Source: Gammaproteobacteria bacterium (GTDB lineage: Bacteria > Pseudomonadota > Gammaproteobacteria > Natronospirales > REEB76). Taken from it: a stretch of DNA of 64,000 bases. Shown in pieces: positions 1 through 11,063 of this stretch. The DNA lies in assembly GCA_027315405.1 (NCBI GenBank), contig DAHUYB010000087.1, forward strand, positions 9,672 through 73,671, read 5' to 3'. The translations under genes were made by a program, and so were the position numbers. A model generated the notes under the pieces. The model was not told where the DNA came from, ran no database searches, and saw only the letters and a list, made by a program, of their open reading frames with translations. How positions within the stretch are numbered: position 1 is the first letter of the stretch; each line of letters opens with the position of its first letter.

Positions 1-1261
1 GGGCGCCTTGATCGTGTTCCGCGTGGGCACGCATATTCCGGTGCCGGGCATTAACCCCGCGGCTTTGGCGCGGCTCTTCGGGCAACATTCCGGCGGCCTG
101 CTAGACATGTTCAACATGTTCTCCGGCGGGGCGCTCAAGCGCCTGTCCATTTTTGCGCTCGGCGTCATGCCGTATATCTCCGCCTCCATCATCATGCAGA
201 TGCTGGCGGTGGTAGTGCCGAGCCTGGAGAAGCTGCGCAAGGAAGGCCAATCCGGCCAACGTATCATCACCAAGTACACCCGCTGGGGGACGGTGGTGCT
301 GGCACTGTTCCAGTCCCTGGGCGCGGCCCTGGCGCTCCAGAGTCAAGGCGTGGCGGTGCAACCGGGTTTCACTTTCGTGTTCACGGCCACCGTCAGCCTG
401 GTGACCGGCACCCTGTTTCTCATGTGGATCGGCGAGCAAGTGACCGAGCGCGGCATCGGCAACGGTATTTCCATGATTATTTTCGCCGGCATTGTCGCCG
501 GTCTGCCGGCGGCCTTCGGCGGAACCCTGGACCTAGTGCGCACCGGCCAGATGAATCCGCTCATCGCCATCGTGATTTTGGTATTGGTGCTGGGCGTGAC
601 CGCTTTCGTGGTATTCGTGGAACGCGGCCAGCGGCGCATCACCGTGAATTACGCCAAACGCCAGCAGGGCCGGCGTATGTATGCGGCCCAGACCAGCCAT
701 CTGCCGCTGAAACTCAACATGGCGGGCGTGATCCCGCCGATTTTCGCCTCCTCGATCATTCTATTCCCGGCCACTGTCGGCAACTGGTTCGGACAACAGT
801 CCGGCGGCTGGCTGGCCACGGCCTTGCAGCGTTTTGCCGCGGCCATGTCGCCGGGGCAGCCGATCTACGTGGTGGTATTCGCCGGCTTGATCATCTTTTT
901 CTGTTTCTTCTACACCGCCCTGGTCTTCAATTCCAAGGAGACGGCCGAGAACCTTAAGAAATCCGGCGCCTTCATTCCCGGCATCCGCCCGGGACAGCAG
1001 ACCGCGGCCTATGTGGACAGTGTGCTGACCAAGCTGACGTTCTGGGGCGCCATCTACGTGACCGCCGTGTGCCTGCTGCCGGAATTCCTGATTTTGTACT
1101 GGAACGTGCCGTTCTATTTCGGCGGCACCTCCCTGCTGATCATCGTGGTGGTGGTCATGGACTTCATGGCGCAGTTGCAGGCGCACCTGATGTCGCACCA
1201 GTACGAAGGCTTGTTGCGCAAGGCCAATCTCAAAGGTTACGGCGGCAGCACTGTACGCTGA
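1..1261 (+). CDS. secY: preprotein translocase subunit SecY, 5'-truncated by the window edge
   Basis: The frame is open to nt 2; the track start at 8 is only the first TTG. Translation reads ...[19 protein letters not shown]... and ...[16 protein letters not shown]..., with a multi-TM hydrophobic profile. Stop is TGA 1259-1261. rpmJ follows, as at the end of spc operons. Confidence 0.95.
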   Translation, partial: GALIVFRVGTHIPVPGINPAALARLFGQHSGGLLDMFNMFSGGALKRLSIFALGVMPYISASIIMQMLAVVVPSLEKLRKEGQSGQRIITKYTRWGTVVLALFQSLGAALALQSQGVAVQPGFTFVFTATVSLVTGTLFLMWIGEQVTERGIGNGISMIIFAGIVAGLPAAFGGTLDLVRTGQMNPLIAIVILVLVLGVTAFVVFVERGQRRITVNYAKRQQGRRMYAAQTSHLPLKLNMAGVIPPIFASSIILFPATVGNWFGQQSGGWLATALQRFAAAMSPGQPIYVVVFAGLIIFFCFFYTALVFNSKETAENLKKSGAFIPGIRPGQQTAAYVDSVLTKLTFWGAIYVTAVCLLPEFLILYWNVPFYFGGTSLLIIVVVVMDFMAQLQAHLMSHQYEGLLRKANLKGYGGSTVR

Positions 1262-1306
1262 GCGTTCTATTTGACGTGCGACGGATAAGCGTCGCGGGAG
1301 TGGAAA

Positions 1307-1420
1307 ATGAAAGTACGGACTTCGGTCAAGAAAATCTGCCGCAATTGCAAGATCGTGCGGCGCGGCGGCGTGGTACGGGTCATCTGCAGCGATGCCCGGC
1401 ATAAGCAGCGCCAAGGTTGA
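1307..1420 (+). CDS. rpmJ: 50S ribosomal protein L36
   Basis: Absent from the ORF track because it is <60 aa. ATG at 1307 opens 37 codons, [37 protein letters not shown], ending at TGA 1418-1420. It has the CxxC...C....H zinc-ribbon pattern typical of L36 and sits between secY and rpsM. Confidence 0.93.
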   Translation: MKVRTSVKKICRNCKIVRRGGVVRVICSDARHKQRQG

Positions 1421-1510
1421 GCGGCGGTTAGAGATTGATTTAATTAGGAAATGTAGGCAAAATCACCCGTTTTGGCGCGCCCTAGGTGGCGTTCCCAGGA
1501 GAGGCAGGTA

Positions 1511-1867
<357 letters not shown>

Positions 1868-1893
1868 CCCGATCGAAGACAGCAGGATACGAC

Positions 1894-2346
1894 ATGGCGG
1901 ACGAAATCAAAGATTCCAAAGAGACCCCGGTCCCGGCCGAAGCCGAGGGCACGGCTGCCGCACCGGCGGCCGCGGCTCCGCGCAAGCGCGCCAAGAAGAC
2001 TGTGGTGGACGCCATCGCCCACGTGCATGCGTCCTTCAATAACACCATCGTCACTATCACCGACCGTCAGGGTAACGTGCTGTGCTGGGCCACTTCCGGC
2101 GGTTCCGGTTTTCGCGGTTCGCGCAAGAGCACGCCGTTTGCGGCGCAGGTGGCGGCCGAGAAAGCCGGTAACGCAGCGCAGGAATTCGGCGTCAGGAATC
2201 TGGAAGTACAGGTGAAAGGACCCGGTCCTGGCCGCGAGTCAGCGGTGCGTTCGCTGCACAACATCGGTTTCAAAATCGCGAATATCTCGGACGTGACGCC
2301 GATTCCCCACAATGGCTGCCGTCCGCCCAAGAAGCGCCGCGTCTAA
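1894..2346 (+). CDS. rpsK: 30S ribosomal protein S11 (with Ala/Pro/Glu-rich N-terminal extension)
   Basis: ATG 1894. The translation contains ...[44 protein letters not shown].... The 286-aa track ORF 1486-2346 is this gene plus a spurious upstream extension that overlaps rpsM out of frame. Confidence 0.93.
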   Translation: MADEIKDSKETPVPAEAEGTAAAPAAAAPRKRAKKTVVDAIAHVHASFNNTIVTITDRQGNVLCWATSGGSGFRGSRKSTPFAAQVAAEKAGNAAQEFGVRNLEVQVKGPGPGRESAVRSLHNIGFKIANISDVTPIPHNGCRPPKKRRV

Positions 2347-2358
2347 GAGGTTCAGTTC

Positions 2359-2979
2359 ATGGCTCGTTATCTCGGACCCAAATGCAAACTTTCCCGGCGT
2401 GAGGGCACGGACCTGTTCCTGAAAAGCAGCGTGCGCCCGCTGGAATCCAAGTGCCGGATCGAATCCCAGCCCGGCCAGCACGGCGCCAAGCGTAATCGCC
2501 TGTCGGATTACGGAGTGCAGCTGCGCGAAAAGCAGAAGCTGCGCCGCATGTACGGCGTGCTGGAGCGTCAGTTCCGCCGTTATTACCAGGAAGCCTCACG
2601 CGGCAAAGGCGCCACCGGCCAGACACTGCTGCGGATTCTCGAGTGCCGTCTCGACAACGTGGTGTACCGCATGGGCTTCGCCGTCACCCGCGCCGAAGCG
2701 CGTCAGCTGGTGGGCCACAAGGCCATCGAGGTGAACGGCAAGATCGTCAACATCCCTTCCTATTCGGTGAAGGCCGACGACCTGATTGCGGTGCGCGAGC
2801 GCGCCAAAAAGCAGTTGCGTATCCAAGCGGCCCTCGGCATTGCCAAGCAGGTCGGCCTACCGGAATGGGTTGAGGTGGATGAGCAGAAGATGAGCGGCAA
2901 ATTCAAGACCGTGCCGGAACGCACGGACATCCTGCCCGATATCAACGAGAATCTGGTGGTCGAGCTTTACTCCAAGTAA
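2359..2979 (+). CDS. rpsD: 30S ribosomal protein S4
   Basis: 206 aa, [23 protein letters not shown]...LVVELYSK. Canonical S4 N- and C-termini in the alpha-operon position. Confidence 0.96.
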   Translation: MARYLGPKCKLSRREGTDLFLKSSVRPLESKCRIESQPGQHGAKRNRLSDYGVQLREKQKLRRMYGVLERQFRRYYQEASRGKGATGQTLLRILECRLDNVVYRMGFAVTRAEARQLVGHKAIEVNGKIVNIPSYSVKADDLIAVRERAKKQLRIQAALGIAKQVGLPEWVEVDEQKMSGKFKTVPERTDILPDINENLVVELYSK

Positions 2980-3019
2980 TCATTCAAGTCACGGTCATTA
3001 ATCGCGAGGGAACTTTCCC

Positions 3020-4006
3020 ATGCAGGGTTCAGTCACGGAATTTTTGAAGCCACGCCTGGTGGGCGTGCAGGCGCAATCGGATCATCAGGCGCGGGTGGTG
3101 CTGGAGCCGCTGGAACGTGGTTTTGGTCATACCCTCGGCAATGCGCTGCGGCGCATCCTGTTGTCCTCCATGCCCGGCTCGGCGGTGGTGGAGGCGGAAA
3201 TCGAGGGCGTGCTCCACGAGTACACCACCATCGAAGGCGTGCAGGAAGACGTGGTGGATATCCTGTTGAGCCTCAAGCAACTGGCCATCCGCATGCACAC
3301 CCGTGACGAGGCCACGCTCACGCTTGCCAAGAGGGGCCCGGGTGCGGTCACCGCCGGCGACATCCAGTTGGACCATGACGTAGAAATCGTCAACAAGGAT
3401 TTGGTGATCGCGCATCTGAACAGCGTCGGCTCTCTTAACATGAAGCTCAAAATCAAGCGCGGCCGCGGCTACCAGCCGTCCAACCAGCGCCTGAACTTCG
3501 AGGAAGAGAGCCGCCCCATTGGCCGCTTGCAACTGGACGCCTCCTTCAGCCCGGTGCGGCGTGTCTCCTACACGGTGGAAAGCGCGCGTGTCGAGCAGCG
3601 CACCGATTTGGACAAGCTGGTACTCGACATCGAGACCAACGGCACCATTGATCCGGAAGAAGCCATCCGCCGCGCGGCCACCATCTTGAGCGAGCAACTG
3701 GCCGCGTTCGTGGATCTCAAAGGCCGCGACCAGGCGCATGCCGGCGGCGAATCACGCTTCGATCCGGTGTTGCTCAAGCCGGTGGAAGAGCTGGAGTTGA
3801 CGGTGCGTTCCGCCAACTGCCTCAAGGCCGAGAACATCAATTACATCGGTGATCTGGTGTTGAAAACTGAAGTAGAACTGCTCAAGACCCCGAACCTGGG
3901 CAAAAAATCCCTCACCGAGATCAAGGATGTGCTGGCACAGCATGGCCTCACCCTCGGCATGAAGATCGAGAATTGGCCGCCGGCGAGCCTCAAGAAAACC
4001 GGCTGA
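3020..4006 (+). CDS. rpoA: DNA-directed RNA polymerase subunit alpha
   Basis: 328 aa. Contains ...[18 protein letters not shown]... and the C-terminal-domain sequence ...[21 protein letters not shown].... Confidence 0.97.
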   Translation: MQGSVTEFLKPRLVGVQAQSDHQARVVLEPLERGFGHTLGNALRRILLSSMPGSAVVEAEIEGVLHEYTTIEGVQEDVVDILLSLKQLAIRMHTRDEATLTLAKRGPGAVTAGDIQLDHDVEIVNKDLVIAHLNSVGSLNMKLKIKRGRGYQPSNQRLNFEEESRPIGRLQLDASFSPVRRVSYTVESARVEQRTDLDKLVLDIETNGTIDPEEAIRRAATILSEQLAAFVDLKGRDQAHAGGESRFDPVLLKPVEELELTVRSANCLKAENINYIGDLVLKTEVELLKTPNLGKKSLTEIKDVLAQHGLTLGMKIENWPPASLKKTG

Positions 4007-4013
4007 TAAGAAA

Positions 4014-4041
4014 CTGGAAACGCCTTGCATGGCGTTTCCAG
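4014..4041 (+). promoter_or_regulatory. GC-rich stem-loop in the rpoA-rplQ spacer (possible attenuator/processing hairpin)
   Basis: ctggaaacgcc-ttgcat-ggcgtttccag forms an 11-bp perfect stem just after the rpoA stop. No T-run follows it. Confidence 0.3.
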
Positions 4042-4152
4042 CTTACGGGAAAGTGCGAAGTGCATTCGCGCTTTCCCGGGTCCCGAGAAATATCGGGGTG
4101 TTTTTTGAACGACGGCAAATCCATTTGCCGTTCTTATTTTGGATATTAAAGA

Positions 4153-4764
4153 ATGCGTCACCAGAATACTGGCCGGCAACTGAGCCGCAACAGTGCGCAT
4201 CGTGAAGCGCTGATGCACAACATGGCGACGGCGCTGCTGCGCTACGAGACCATCCGCACCACCCTGCCCAAGGCCAAGGAGTTGCGGCGCGTGGTGGAGC
4301 CGCTCATCACGCTCGCCAAGCAGGATAGCGTGGCCAAACGCCGTCTGGCGTTCGCGCGCCTGCGCGATAACGCCATTGTGGTCAAGCTGTTCACGGATCT
4401 CGGTCCTCACTATCAGTCGCGGCCCGGCGGTTACACGCGCATTTTGAAACACGGCTTCCGTCCCGGCGACAAAGCGCCCATGGCGGTGATGCAGCTGGTG
4501 GACCGGGAAGCCCAGATGGCCGGTGCGGCCGAGGCTCAGGCCAAAGCCAAGAAATCCAGGCCGGTGAAGCCAGAGAGCGAAGCCGCCGAGAAACCCGCCA
4601 AGGCCGTCAAGAAAGCCAAGGCGGAAAAGCCCGCCAAACCGGACAAGACTGATAAGAAAGCGGCGAAATCCGCCAAAAAGGCCAAAGCCACGGCGGAAAA
4701 AGCCGAAAAGAAAACCGCCAAGAAAAGCGCCAAGGCGGCCAAGAAAACCAAATCAAAAGACTAA
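4153..4764 (+). CDS. rplQ: 50S ribosomal protein L17 with long Lys/Ala-rich C-terminal tail
   Basis: [56 protein letters not shown] is the canonical L17 core (~118 aa). About 85 aa of AKKA/EKPAK-type low-complexity tail follow. Confidence 0.95.
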   Translation: MRHQNTGRQLSRNSAHREALMHNMATALLRYETIRTTLPKAKELRRVVEPLITLAKQDSVAKRRLAFARLRDNAIVVKLFTDLGPHYQSRPGGYTRILKHGFRPGDKAPMAVMQLVDREAQMAGAAEAQAKAKKSRPVKPESEAAEKPAKAVKKAKAEKPAKPDKTDKKAAKSAKKAKATAEKAEKKTAKKSAKAAKKTKSKD

Positions 4765-4790
4765 GCTACACGTCGAGCAGAATAACAAAA

Positions 4791-4813
4791 GCCGGGGGAA
4801 CCCCGGCTTTTTT
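4791..4813. terminator. bidirectional rho-independent terminator between convergent rplQ and the permease gene
   Basis: gccgggg-gaa-ccccggc is a 7-bp GC stem. It is followed by TTTTTT on the + strand and by TTTTGTT on the - strand. Confidence 0.7.
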
Positions 4814-4822
4814 GCCACGACA

Positions 4823-6595
4823 TTATTGCAAAGGCCAGATATGGGGAATGATCAGCATCGAAACCGTCCACATGAGCAGATTGAGCGGTATGCCGAAGCG
4901 CAAATAATCGTTGAATCGGTAGCCGCCTGGGCCATACACCATGAGGTTGGTCTGATAACCGATGGGCGTGGCGAAACTTGCCGAAGCAGCCATGGCGATG
5001 GCGATCACAAACGGCATGAAGTTCAATCCCAGTGTGTGGGTTGTTGCGAGCGCGATCGGGAACACGATCACAGCCGCGGCGCTGTGGGTGATGATCTCCG
5101 TCAGTAGCATGGTGATACCATAAATTGCAACCAATATCAGCATTGGATCATGGTGCGTGGCGGACAACAGCGTACGCGCGAGTTCGGAGGCCGCCCCGCT
5201 GACTTCGAGGGCCCGGCCGATACCGAACGAAGCCGCGATGGCCACGAGCACGGTGATATCGAAACTGTGTCTTGCGGTGGTGGCGGTGCAGCAGCGCGTG
5301 ATGATCATGAGGCCCGCGGCAAGAAAAGCGGCGGTAGAGAGCGGCAGGAGCCCCAACCCCTTGGCAAGTATCATGCCAAGCAGGATCAGCCAGGCTACCC
5401 AGCTGCGTTCGTGGCGAGGGAATACCATACCTTCGATCGAGCGCAGCAGCAGGAAATCCCGAGAATTCGCATGCCGTTTTAGGAATTCCCGGTCCGTCTC
5501 GAGCAGCAGCGTGTCGCCGGCATGCAGTTCGATATCGCCGATCTTCCGCTGGATGCGTTTGCCATCACGCGCCACAGCAATTACCACGGCGGCATAGACA
5601 GACCGGAACCTGCCGTCGCGTATGCTTTTCCCGACCATTGAACAGCTGGACGCGATCACGGCTTCAATAAGCGTGCGGGTCGAGCGGTGTGATTCCAGTT
5701 TGAACACCTGGTCAGTGGCCGGCGTCAATCCCTTTATGCGTTGCAGGTCCACGACTGATTCTATGACGCCCGCGAATACGAGACGATCTCCGCCGCGCAG
5801 ACGTTCGTCCGGGCCGATAGCGGGAATGACCTTTCCGTCGCGCTCAATCTCCACCATGAAAAGTCCCGGCAATTGGCGCAATCCGGCCGATTTGATGCTG
5901 AGATTTTCCAGAGGGCTGTGGTGCTCAACCATCATCTCGACCGTGTATTCGCGGACATCCTCCAATTGGGAGATGACCGGTATGCGGTCGGGTAGCAGCC
6001 AGCGGCTCATGCCGAGCACGTATCCGATGCCGAGCAGCGCGCAGGGCACGCCTACCCAGGCAAGTTCAAAAAGGCTCATCCCGGGCAAGTGTGCCTGGGA
6101 TGTCAGCAGACCATTCACGACAAGATTGGTGCTGGTGCCGATGAGCGTGCAGCTCCCGCCGAAGATGGCCGCGTAACTCAGCGGTATCATGAGTTTGGAG
6201 GGTGATATGCGGCAGTGTCGTGCCCAATCAGAAACCTGCGGCAGAAGTGCCGCCACCAGCGGGGTGTTGTTCATGAACGCGCCCATGAAAGTCACCGGCA
6301 ACATCATGCGTACCTGGGCTTGCGTGACGGAACGCGGCTGCCCGAACACCCGCCGGATGAGATAATTCAGGGCGCCGGTCTCCCGCAGTCCCGCAGCCAC
6401 GACATAAAGTGCCGCGATGCTGAGGACACTCTCGTTAGCGAATCCAGACAAGGCGTCTGCCGGGCTCACCACCCTGAGAAGCATCAGTAAGGTTATCCCG
6501 GCCACCATCACCAGATCGGTGCCGATCTGTGTGGTCGCCAGGGTGAGCAAGCAGAGTATGGTTACGGCCACCGTGATCCAGGCGTTGAATGGCAT
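4823..6595 (-). CDS. SLC13/DASS-type anion permease with two internal TrkA-C (RCK_C) domains
   Basis: 590 aa with hydrophobic N- and C-terminal halves. The soluble centre holds two repeats: (...GKVIPAIGPDERLRGGDRLVFAG...) and (...GKRIQRKIGDIELHAGDTLLLET...). These resemble TrkA-C domains, an architecture typical of this permease family. Confidence 0.8.
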   Translation of the reverse strand: MPFNAWITVAVTILCLLTLATTQIGTDLVMVAGITLLMLLRVVSPADALSGFANESVLSIAALYVVAAGLRETGALNYLIRRVFGQPRSVTQAQVRMMLPVTFMGAFMNNTPLVAALLPQVSDWARHCRISPSKLMIPLSYAAIFGGSCTLIGTSTNLVVNGLLTSQAHLPGMSLFELAWVGVPCALLGIGYVLGMSRWLLPDRIPVISQLEDVREYTVEMMVEHHSPLENLSIKSAGLRQLPGLFMVEIERDGKVIPAIGPDERLRGGDRLVFAGVIESVVDLQRIKGLTPATDQVFKLESHRSTRTLIEAVIASSCSMVGKSIRDGRFRSVYAAVVIAVARDGKRIQRKIGDIELHAGDTLLLETDREFLKRHANSRDFLLLRSIEGMVFPRHERSWVAWLILLGMILAKGLGLLPLSTAAFLAAGLMIITRCCTATTARHSFDITVLVAIAASFGIGRALEVSGAASELARTLLSATHHDPMLILVAIYGITMLLTEIITHSAAAVIVFPIALATTHTLGLNFMPFVIAIAMAASASFATPIGYQTNLMVYGPGGYRFNDYLRFGIPLNLLMWTVSMLIIPHIWPLQ

Positions 6596-6656
6596 TTCTG
6601 TTCCTTTGAATAGTCTTATCAGTGGCTTATAATCAACCCAGATTTTCCATTAGGAC

Positions 6657-7031
6657 CTACGCGATGGAGGATGTGGGCGTAAACCGAACCGGCAGCGAGA
6701 AGGTTTTGGATCGATCCCAGAGGCCTTCAATCCATTGTCGTTGGCGCATCGCGACACAGAGTTTGAGGATGTCCTGGCGGCCCTCGCGGGGGGGGGTGTA
6801 GCCGGCCTTGGCGAACAGTTTGTAACGCAGGGTTTTCAAGGTGTGCTGCACGTCCTGGCCGTTACCCTGAATCACACTGGCTTTGAGTACCGCCTGGCGG
6901 AACAGGCCCATCAAGTTATAAGCCAGCAACGCTGTGTTCAGGCACGCTTCCGTGGCCCAGAAATCGTTCAGACAAAAGCTGTTAGCGGCAAAGTCGTATT
7001 TCAATTGATGAGATTCTAAGGTTCTGGTCAA
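6657..7031 (-). pseudogene. C-terminal fragment of an IS1380/IS4-superfamily DDE transposase
   Basis: Only about 120 codons are present: ...DFAANSFCLNDFWATEACLNTALLAYNLMGLFRQ...TLRYKLFAKAG.... This resembles the conserved C-terminal block of IS1380-type transposases. The N-terminal catalytic part is missing. Confidence 0.6.
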
Positions 7032-8066
7032 GCCCCGATGAGCGCGGGGTCAAAGCAGGTATCGTGTTTATACAGTGCAAAGGCTACGCGCACCAGCTTG
7101 CGGGCGAGTACCACGAGAGCGATGGAGGTGGACAGGCCCTTGGCGCGCTGGCGTTCGTAGCAGGGTTTCCACGTGGCGGTCTTAGCCGCACTCATGGCGG
7201 CGTTATAGGGCAGACGGTGCAGTTCCGCGGGACCTGCGCTTGGACAGCCGGCGGCGACCGCGACGCTGGCCGGAGTCGCAGGGCCGCGGGTCGAACCCAA
7301 GGTAGGCGATGACGGCGTCACTGCGTGAGAAGGACACGCGCGAGAACAGTTCGGTGAGGGCGGCGCCCGACAGCGGTCCGATGCTGGGGATGGTGCGCAG
7401 GTGTGCCTAGCGCGAGGGGCCTTGCGGCAGCGCCCTGACGGCCTGCGGCAACGCGCGATCCAGGGCAGTGAGGAGCGCATCGAGCTGGTTCAAGGTCGCG
7501 TCCCGCTGCGCCTGCAGGATGTCCAGACCGGCGAGGCTCGCCCGCAACATACCCGGACACCACGACTTTGGCGCGGCGTTTGAGCAGTGGGGTCAGACGG
7601 TCTTGGGCCGGGGTCGGCCGGCTGCCAGGGATGCAAGCCGGTATGCTCCTGGGCCAAATAGCGCGCCAACAGGGCCGCATCCACTCGATTCGTCTTGGCG
7701 CGGCGCCCCAGCGCGGGCATAGTGGTGGACATCGTGAGGGTTGAGCACCTAGACGGTGATTCCCCGGGCGTGGGCGCGCTCGGCCAGCAAGCGGTGGTAG
7801 TCATCGGTGGATTCCACCCCCGAGGTGGACACCTCAGGCAGGGTGGCGAGCCAGGCATTCACGGCGGCGGGCGCGTTGGCGCACGTCGTCACACCGGCCT
7901 GGTCGAAGACGGCCGCCACGAGTTCGTATTTGGCCACATCGACACCGATATAACAGTACAAGCCAAGGAAGGCGCGAAGCGCCGAGGCGAAGGAACCTGC
8001 GGTAGCCGCAGCGGACGAAGCACCGCGTCTGCGTGGTGCGAAGGCCGCGCTGCGGCGTAGAGGCAT
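7028..8066 (-). pseudogene. IS110-family transposase gene, multiply frameshifted
   Basis: The N-terminal block ...YIGVDVAKYELVAAV... lies in ORF 7749-8066. The middle block ...DAALLARYLAQEHTGLHPWQP... lies in another frame (7490-7858). The C-terminal block ...GLSTSIALVVLARKLVRVAFALYKHDTCFDP... lies in a third frame (7028-7480). Stops and frame changes separate the pieces. Confidence 0.8.
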
Positions 8067-8248
8067 CGTAAGGGGACGCGCAGCGTCCCCCGACCGGCCG
8101 ACGAACGCAGGGTGGCCGCAGAGGAAGGAATAGTCGTCGCTGGCGCGAGTGGTTGGGACACTGGGACCGTACCGGCCGTCACGAGCGACGTGACGCTATC
8201 GTTCCGGGGCTTCGTGAACAAGAATGCATACTGAGGTTTGAAGGAAGA

Positions 8249-9679
8249 ATGCAGTCCGGCGACAACGATCTCATGCCCGTGATTCTGTGCGGGGGCTCCG
8301 GAACGCGGCTGTGGCCGCTGTCGCGTGAGCAGCACCCGAAACAGTTTCTGCCGCTGCTTTCTGAGCGCTCATTGTTCCAGGACACACTGCTGCGGACACG
8401 GGCCTTGCCGGGCGTGCTCACGCCGGTGATGGTGGTCAACGAAGGCCACCGCTTCCTGGTCCGGGATCAGTTGGCGGAACTTGGAGTCGAGGACGCGGAG
8501 GTCCTGCTGGAGCCCGTCGGGCGTAACACCGCGCCGGCACTGGCGCTGGCCGCGCTGCGCGTTGCCGCGAAGCATCCCGCCACCTTGTTGCTGGCGTTAC
8601 CGGCCGACCACCATATAAGGAATAGCGCCGGCTTTACGCAGGCGATCGCGCGTGGTATCCCGGCAGCTAGGGCAGGGGCCATAGTGGTGTTCGGCATTGT
8701 GCCGATGCATGCCCATACCGCATACGGCTATATTCGCAAAGGCGCGCCCGCCGGCAGCGACGGGTTGCATGCGGTGGCTGGGTTCACGGAAAAACCCGAT
8801 GCCGAACGGGCCGCGCACTACCTGCAAAGCGGCGAATTTCTGTGGAACAGCGGCATGTTTCTGGTGCGCGCGGATGTCTATCTGCGTGAGCTCAAAGCCC
8901 TCGCCCCGGACATCGCCCTGGCGGTTTCAAAGGCCATGGAAAACCCGCAACCGGATGGCGTGTTTCTGCGGCCGGACCGGGAGGCCTTCAGCGCCTGCCG
9001 CAGCCAGTCCATTGACTATGCGGTGATGGAACACACCCAAGCCGGCATGCTGGTGGAGTTGGACGCCGGCTGGAGTGATCTGGGCTCATGGGACAGTCTG
9101 CTGGCAGTGGGGGCGGATGCACAGACGGGCAACGCGACCCATGGTGACGTGGTACTGCAGGATGTTTCGGGTTCGCTGGTGCATGCTAGCGGGCGGCTGG
9201 TGACAGCCATCGGGCTGCGGGATCAGGTGGTGGTGGAGACGTCGGATGCGGTGTTCGTGGCGCCGGTGAACCGTGTGCAAGAGGTTAAGCAACTGGTGGA
9301 AACCCTGCGTCGCAGCGGCCGGGAGGTGACCGAGAACCACCTGCGCGTGCACCGTCCCTGGGGCTGGTATGAGTGTCTTGCCAAGGGCGAGCGCATGCAG
9401 GTGAAGCGCATTCAGGTGAAACCCGGCGCGAGCCTGTCCCTGCAACTGCATCATCACCGTGCGGAACATTGGGTGGTGGTGCAGGGCGAGGCGCAGGTGA
9501 TCCGCGGGGAGGACAACCTGACCTTAGAAGAAAACCAATCCACGTTTATTCCCGTTAATACTAAACACCGGCTTTTTAATCCGGGTCCACTGCCGCTGGA
9601 GATCATCGAAGTGCAAAGCGGCGAGTATCTGGGGGAGGACGACATCGTGCGGTTTGACGATGAGTACGGGCGCGTTTGA
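8249..9679 (+). CDS. manC: bifunctional mannose-1-phosphate guanylyltransferase / mannose-6-phosphate isomerase (type II PMI-GMP)
   Basis: ATG 8249 lies behind GAAGGAAG. The product starts MQSGDNDLMPVILCGGSGTRLWPLSREQHPKQFL and carries the C-terminal cupin sequence ...RPWGWYE...VKRIQVKPGASLSLQLHHHRAEHWVVV.G. The track start at 8153 is an upstream extension. Confidence 0.93.
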   Translation: MQSGDNDLMPVILCGGSGTRLWPLSREQHPKQFLPLLSERSLFQDTLLRTRALPGVLTPVMVVNEGHRFLVRDQLAELGVEDAEVLLEPVGRNTAPALALAALRVAAKHPATLLLALPADHHIRNSAGFTQAIARGIPAARAGAIVVFGIVPMHAHTAYGYIRKGAPAGSDGLHAVAGFTEKPDAERAAHYLQSGEFLWNSGMFLVRADVYLRELKALAPDIALAVSKAMENPQPDGVFLRPDREAFSACRSQSIDYAVMEHTQAGMLVELDAGWSDLGSWDSLLAVGADAQTGNATHGDVVLQDVSGSLVHASGRLVTAIGLRDQVVVETSDAVFVAPVNRVQEVKQLVETLRRSGREVTENHLRVHRPWGWYECLAKGERMQVKRIQVKPGASLSLQLHHHRAEHWVVVQGEAQVIRGEDNLTLEENQSTFIPVNTKHRLFNPGPLPLEIIEVQSGEYLGEDDIVRFDDEYGRV

Positions 9680-9701
9680 GCCGCTGCGATACAGGCAAAC
9701 A

Positions 9702-11063
9702 ATGAGCGACGCGCAGGCCCAATGTTTCAAGGCTTACGATATCCGCGGGCGGGTGCCCAGTGAGCTGGATATGGATCTGGCGGTGCGTATCGGCCGGGCG
9801 TTCGCCGAGTATCTTGATGCGCGCAGCGTGGTGGTGGGACGGGACGTGCGGCTGTCCGGTCCGTCTTTCGCCCAGGCGGTGTCGGCGGGCCTCGCCGCCG
9901 GCGGTGCCGAGGTACTGGACCTGGGGATGTGCGGCACCGAGGAGATCTATCACGCCGTCAACCATCTGCAGTGCGACGGCGGTGTCATGGTCACGGCGAG
10001 TCACAACCCGCCCGACTACAACGGCTTCAAGTTGGTGCGTGCCGGCGCGCGCCCCTTGAGTGAAGACACGGGGTTGCAGGAGATTGCCCGGCGTGCGCTC
10101 AACGACCGGCGCGGGACGCTGTCCGGCGCGGTCGCGATGCGGCCGGTGAGCACCCGCGATGCGTTTGTGGAACAGCTACTCGGTTGCCTGACGGACACCC
10201 TGCGTCCGCTGAAACTGGTAGCGAATCCGGGTAACGGCGCCGCCGGTCCGGTGCTGGAGCAACTCTTTGCACGCCTGCCCGTGCAGGTCACCTGGTTGCA
10301 CCGGGAACCGGACGGCCGTTTCCCCAACGGCGTGCCCAATCCTCTGTTGCCGGAACACCGGGAGGCAACGGCCCGGGTTGTGCAACAAACCGGGGCCGAT
10401 CTCGGCCTTGCCTGGGACGGGGATTTTGACCGCTGCTTCTTTTTCGACGAACACGGCCAGTTCATCGAGGGCTATTACCTGGTGGGATTGTTCGCCGGGA
10501 TTTTCCTGCGCAAGTATCCCGGATCGAAGATCATCCATGACCCGCGCCTGGTGTGGAACACCATCGAGATGGTGGAACGCCTGGGCGGCATCCCCATCGA
10601 GTCCAAATGCGGGCATGCCTTCATCAAGGAGCGCATGCGCACGGAGGATGCGGTCTATGGAGGCGAGATGAGCGCGCACCATTATTTCCGGGAGTTCGCT
10701 TACTGCGACAGCGGCATGATTCCATGGCTGCTGCTGCTGGAACTCCTGTCATCCGCCGATGCACCACTGTCGGAGTTGGTGCGGGCGCGTCAGGATAAAT
10801 TCCCGGTGAGCGGCGAGATCAACCGCAGTGTCGCGGACGCGGACGCCGCCTTGCGGCAGGTTCAGGAACGGTACGCGGGCGAGGCGGAACGCATCTCGTC
10901 CGTGGACGGCGTCAGCATGGAGTTCACGGATTGGCGTTTCAATCTGCGCCGCTCCAACACCGAGCCGCTGCTGCGGCTGAACGTGGAGAGCCGGGGGGAT
11001 GCACGGCTGGTAAAACGCAGGACCGATGAGATTCTGGCGTTGCTGGGCGCCCCCGCAGCCTAG
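9702..11063 (+). CDS. manB: phosphomannomutase/phosphoglucomutase
   Basis: Translation reads ...CFKAYDIRGRVP..., the active-site loop ...VMVTASHNPPDYNGFK..., and ...GLAWDGDFDRCFFFD.... The start at ATG 9702 is chosen over the track start 9654, which overlaps manC. Confidence 0.92.
   Translation: MSDAQAQCFKAYDIRGRVPSELDMDLAVRIGRAFAEYLDARSVVVGRDVRLSGPSFAQAVSAGLAAGGAEVLDLGMCGTEEIYHAVNHLQCDGGVMVTASHNPPDYNGFKLVRAGARPLSEDTGLQEIARRALNDRRGTLSGAVAMRPVSTRDAFVEQLLGCLTDTLRPLKLVANPGNGAAGPVLEQLFARLPVQVTWLHREPDGRFPNGVPNPLLPEHREATARVVQQTGADLGLAWDGDFDRCFFFDEHGQFIEGYYLVGLFAGIFLRKYPGSKIIHDPRLVWNTIEMVERLGGIPIESKCGHAFIKERMRTEDAVYGGEMSAHHYFREFAYCDSGMIPWLLLLELLSSADAPLSELVRARQDKFPVSGEINRSVADADAALRQVQERYAGEAERISSVDGVSMEFTDWRFNLRRSNTEPLLRLNVESRGDARLVKRRTDEILALLGAPAA

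Noticed and set aside
8153-8248. N-terminal extensions of track ORFs (manC from 8153, ATP-grasp from 38233, Wzy-like from 40442, wecB from 57569, OM barrel from 23137, ATPase from 24683)
   Set aside because: The extensions overlap the preceding genes or lack an RBS. Internal starts give canonical family N-termini and, in several cases, 1-4 nt stop/start coupling.
7889-8335. 148-aa minus-strand ORF bridging the IS110 5' end and the manC start
   Set aside because: Its translation is low-complexity Pro/Ser/Ala/Arg-rich and overlaps the manC RBS and start in antisense. It shows no transposase or other motif.
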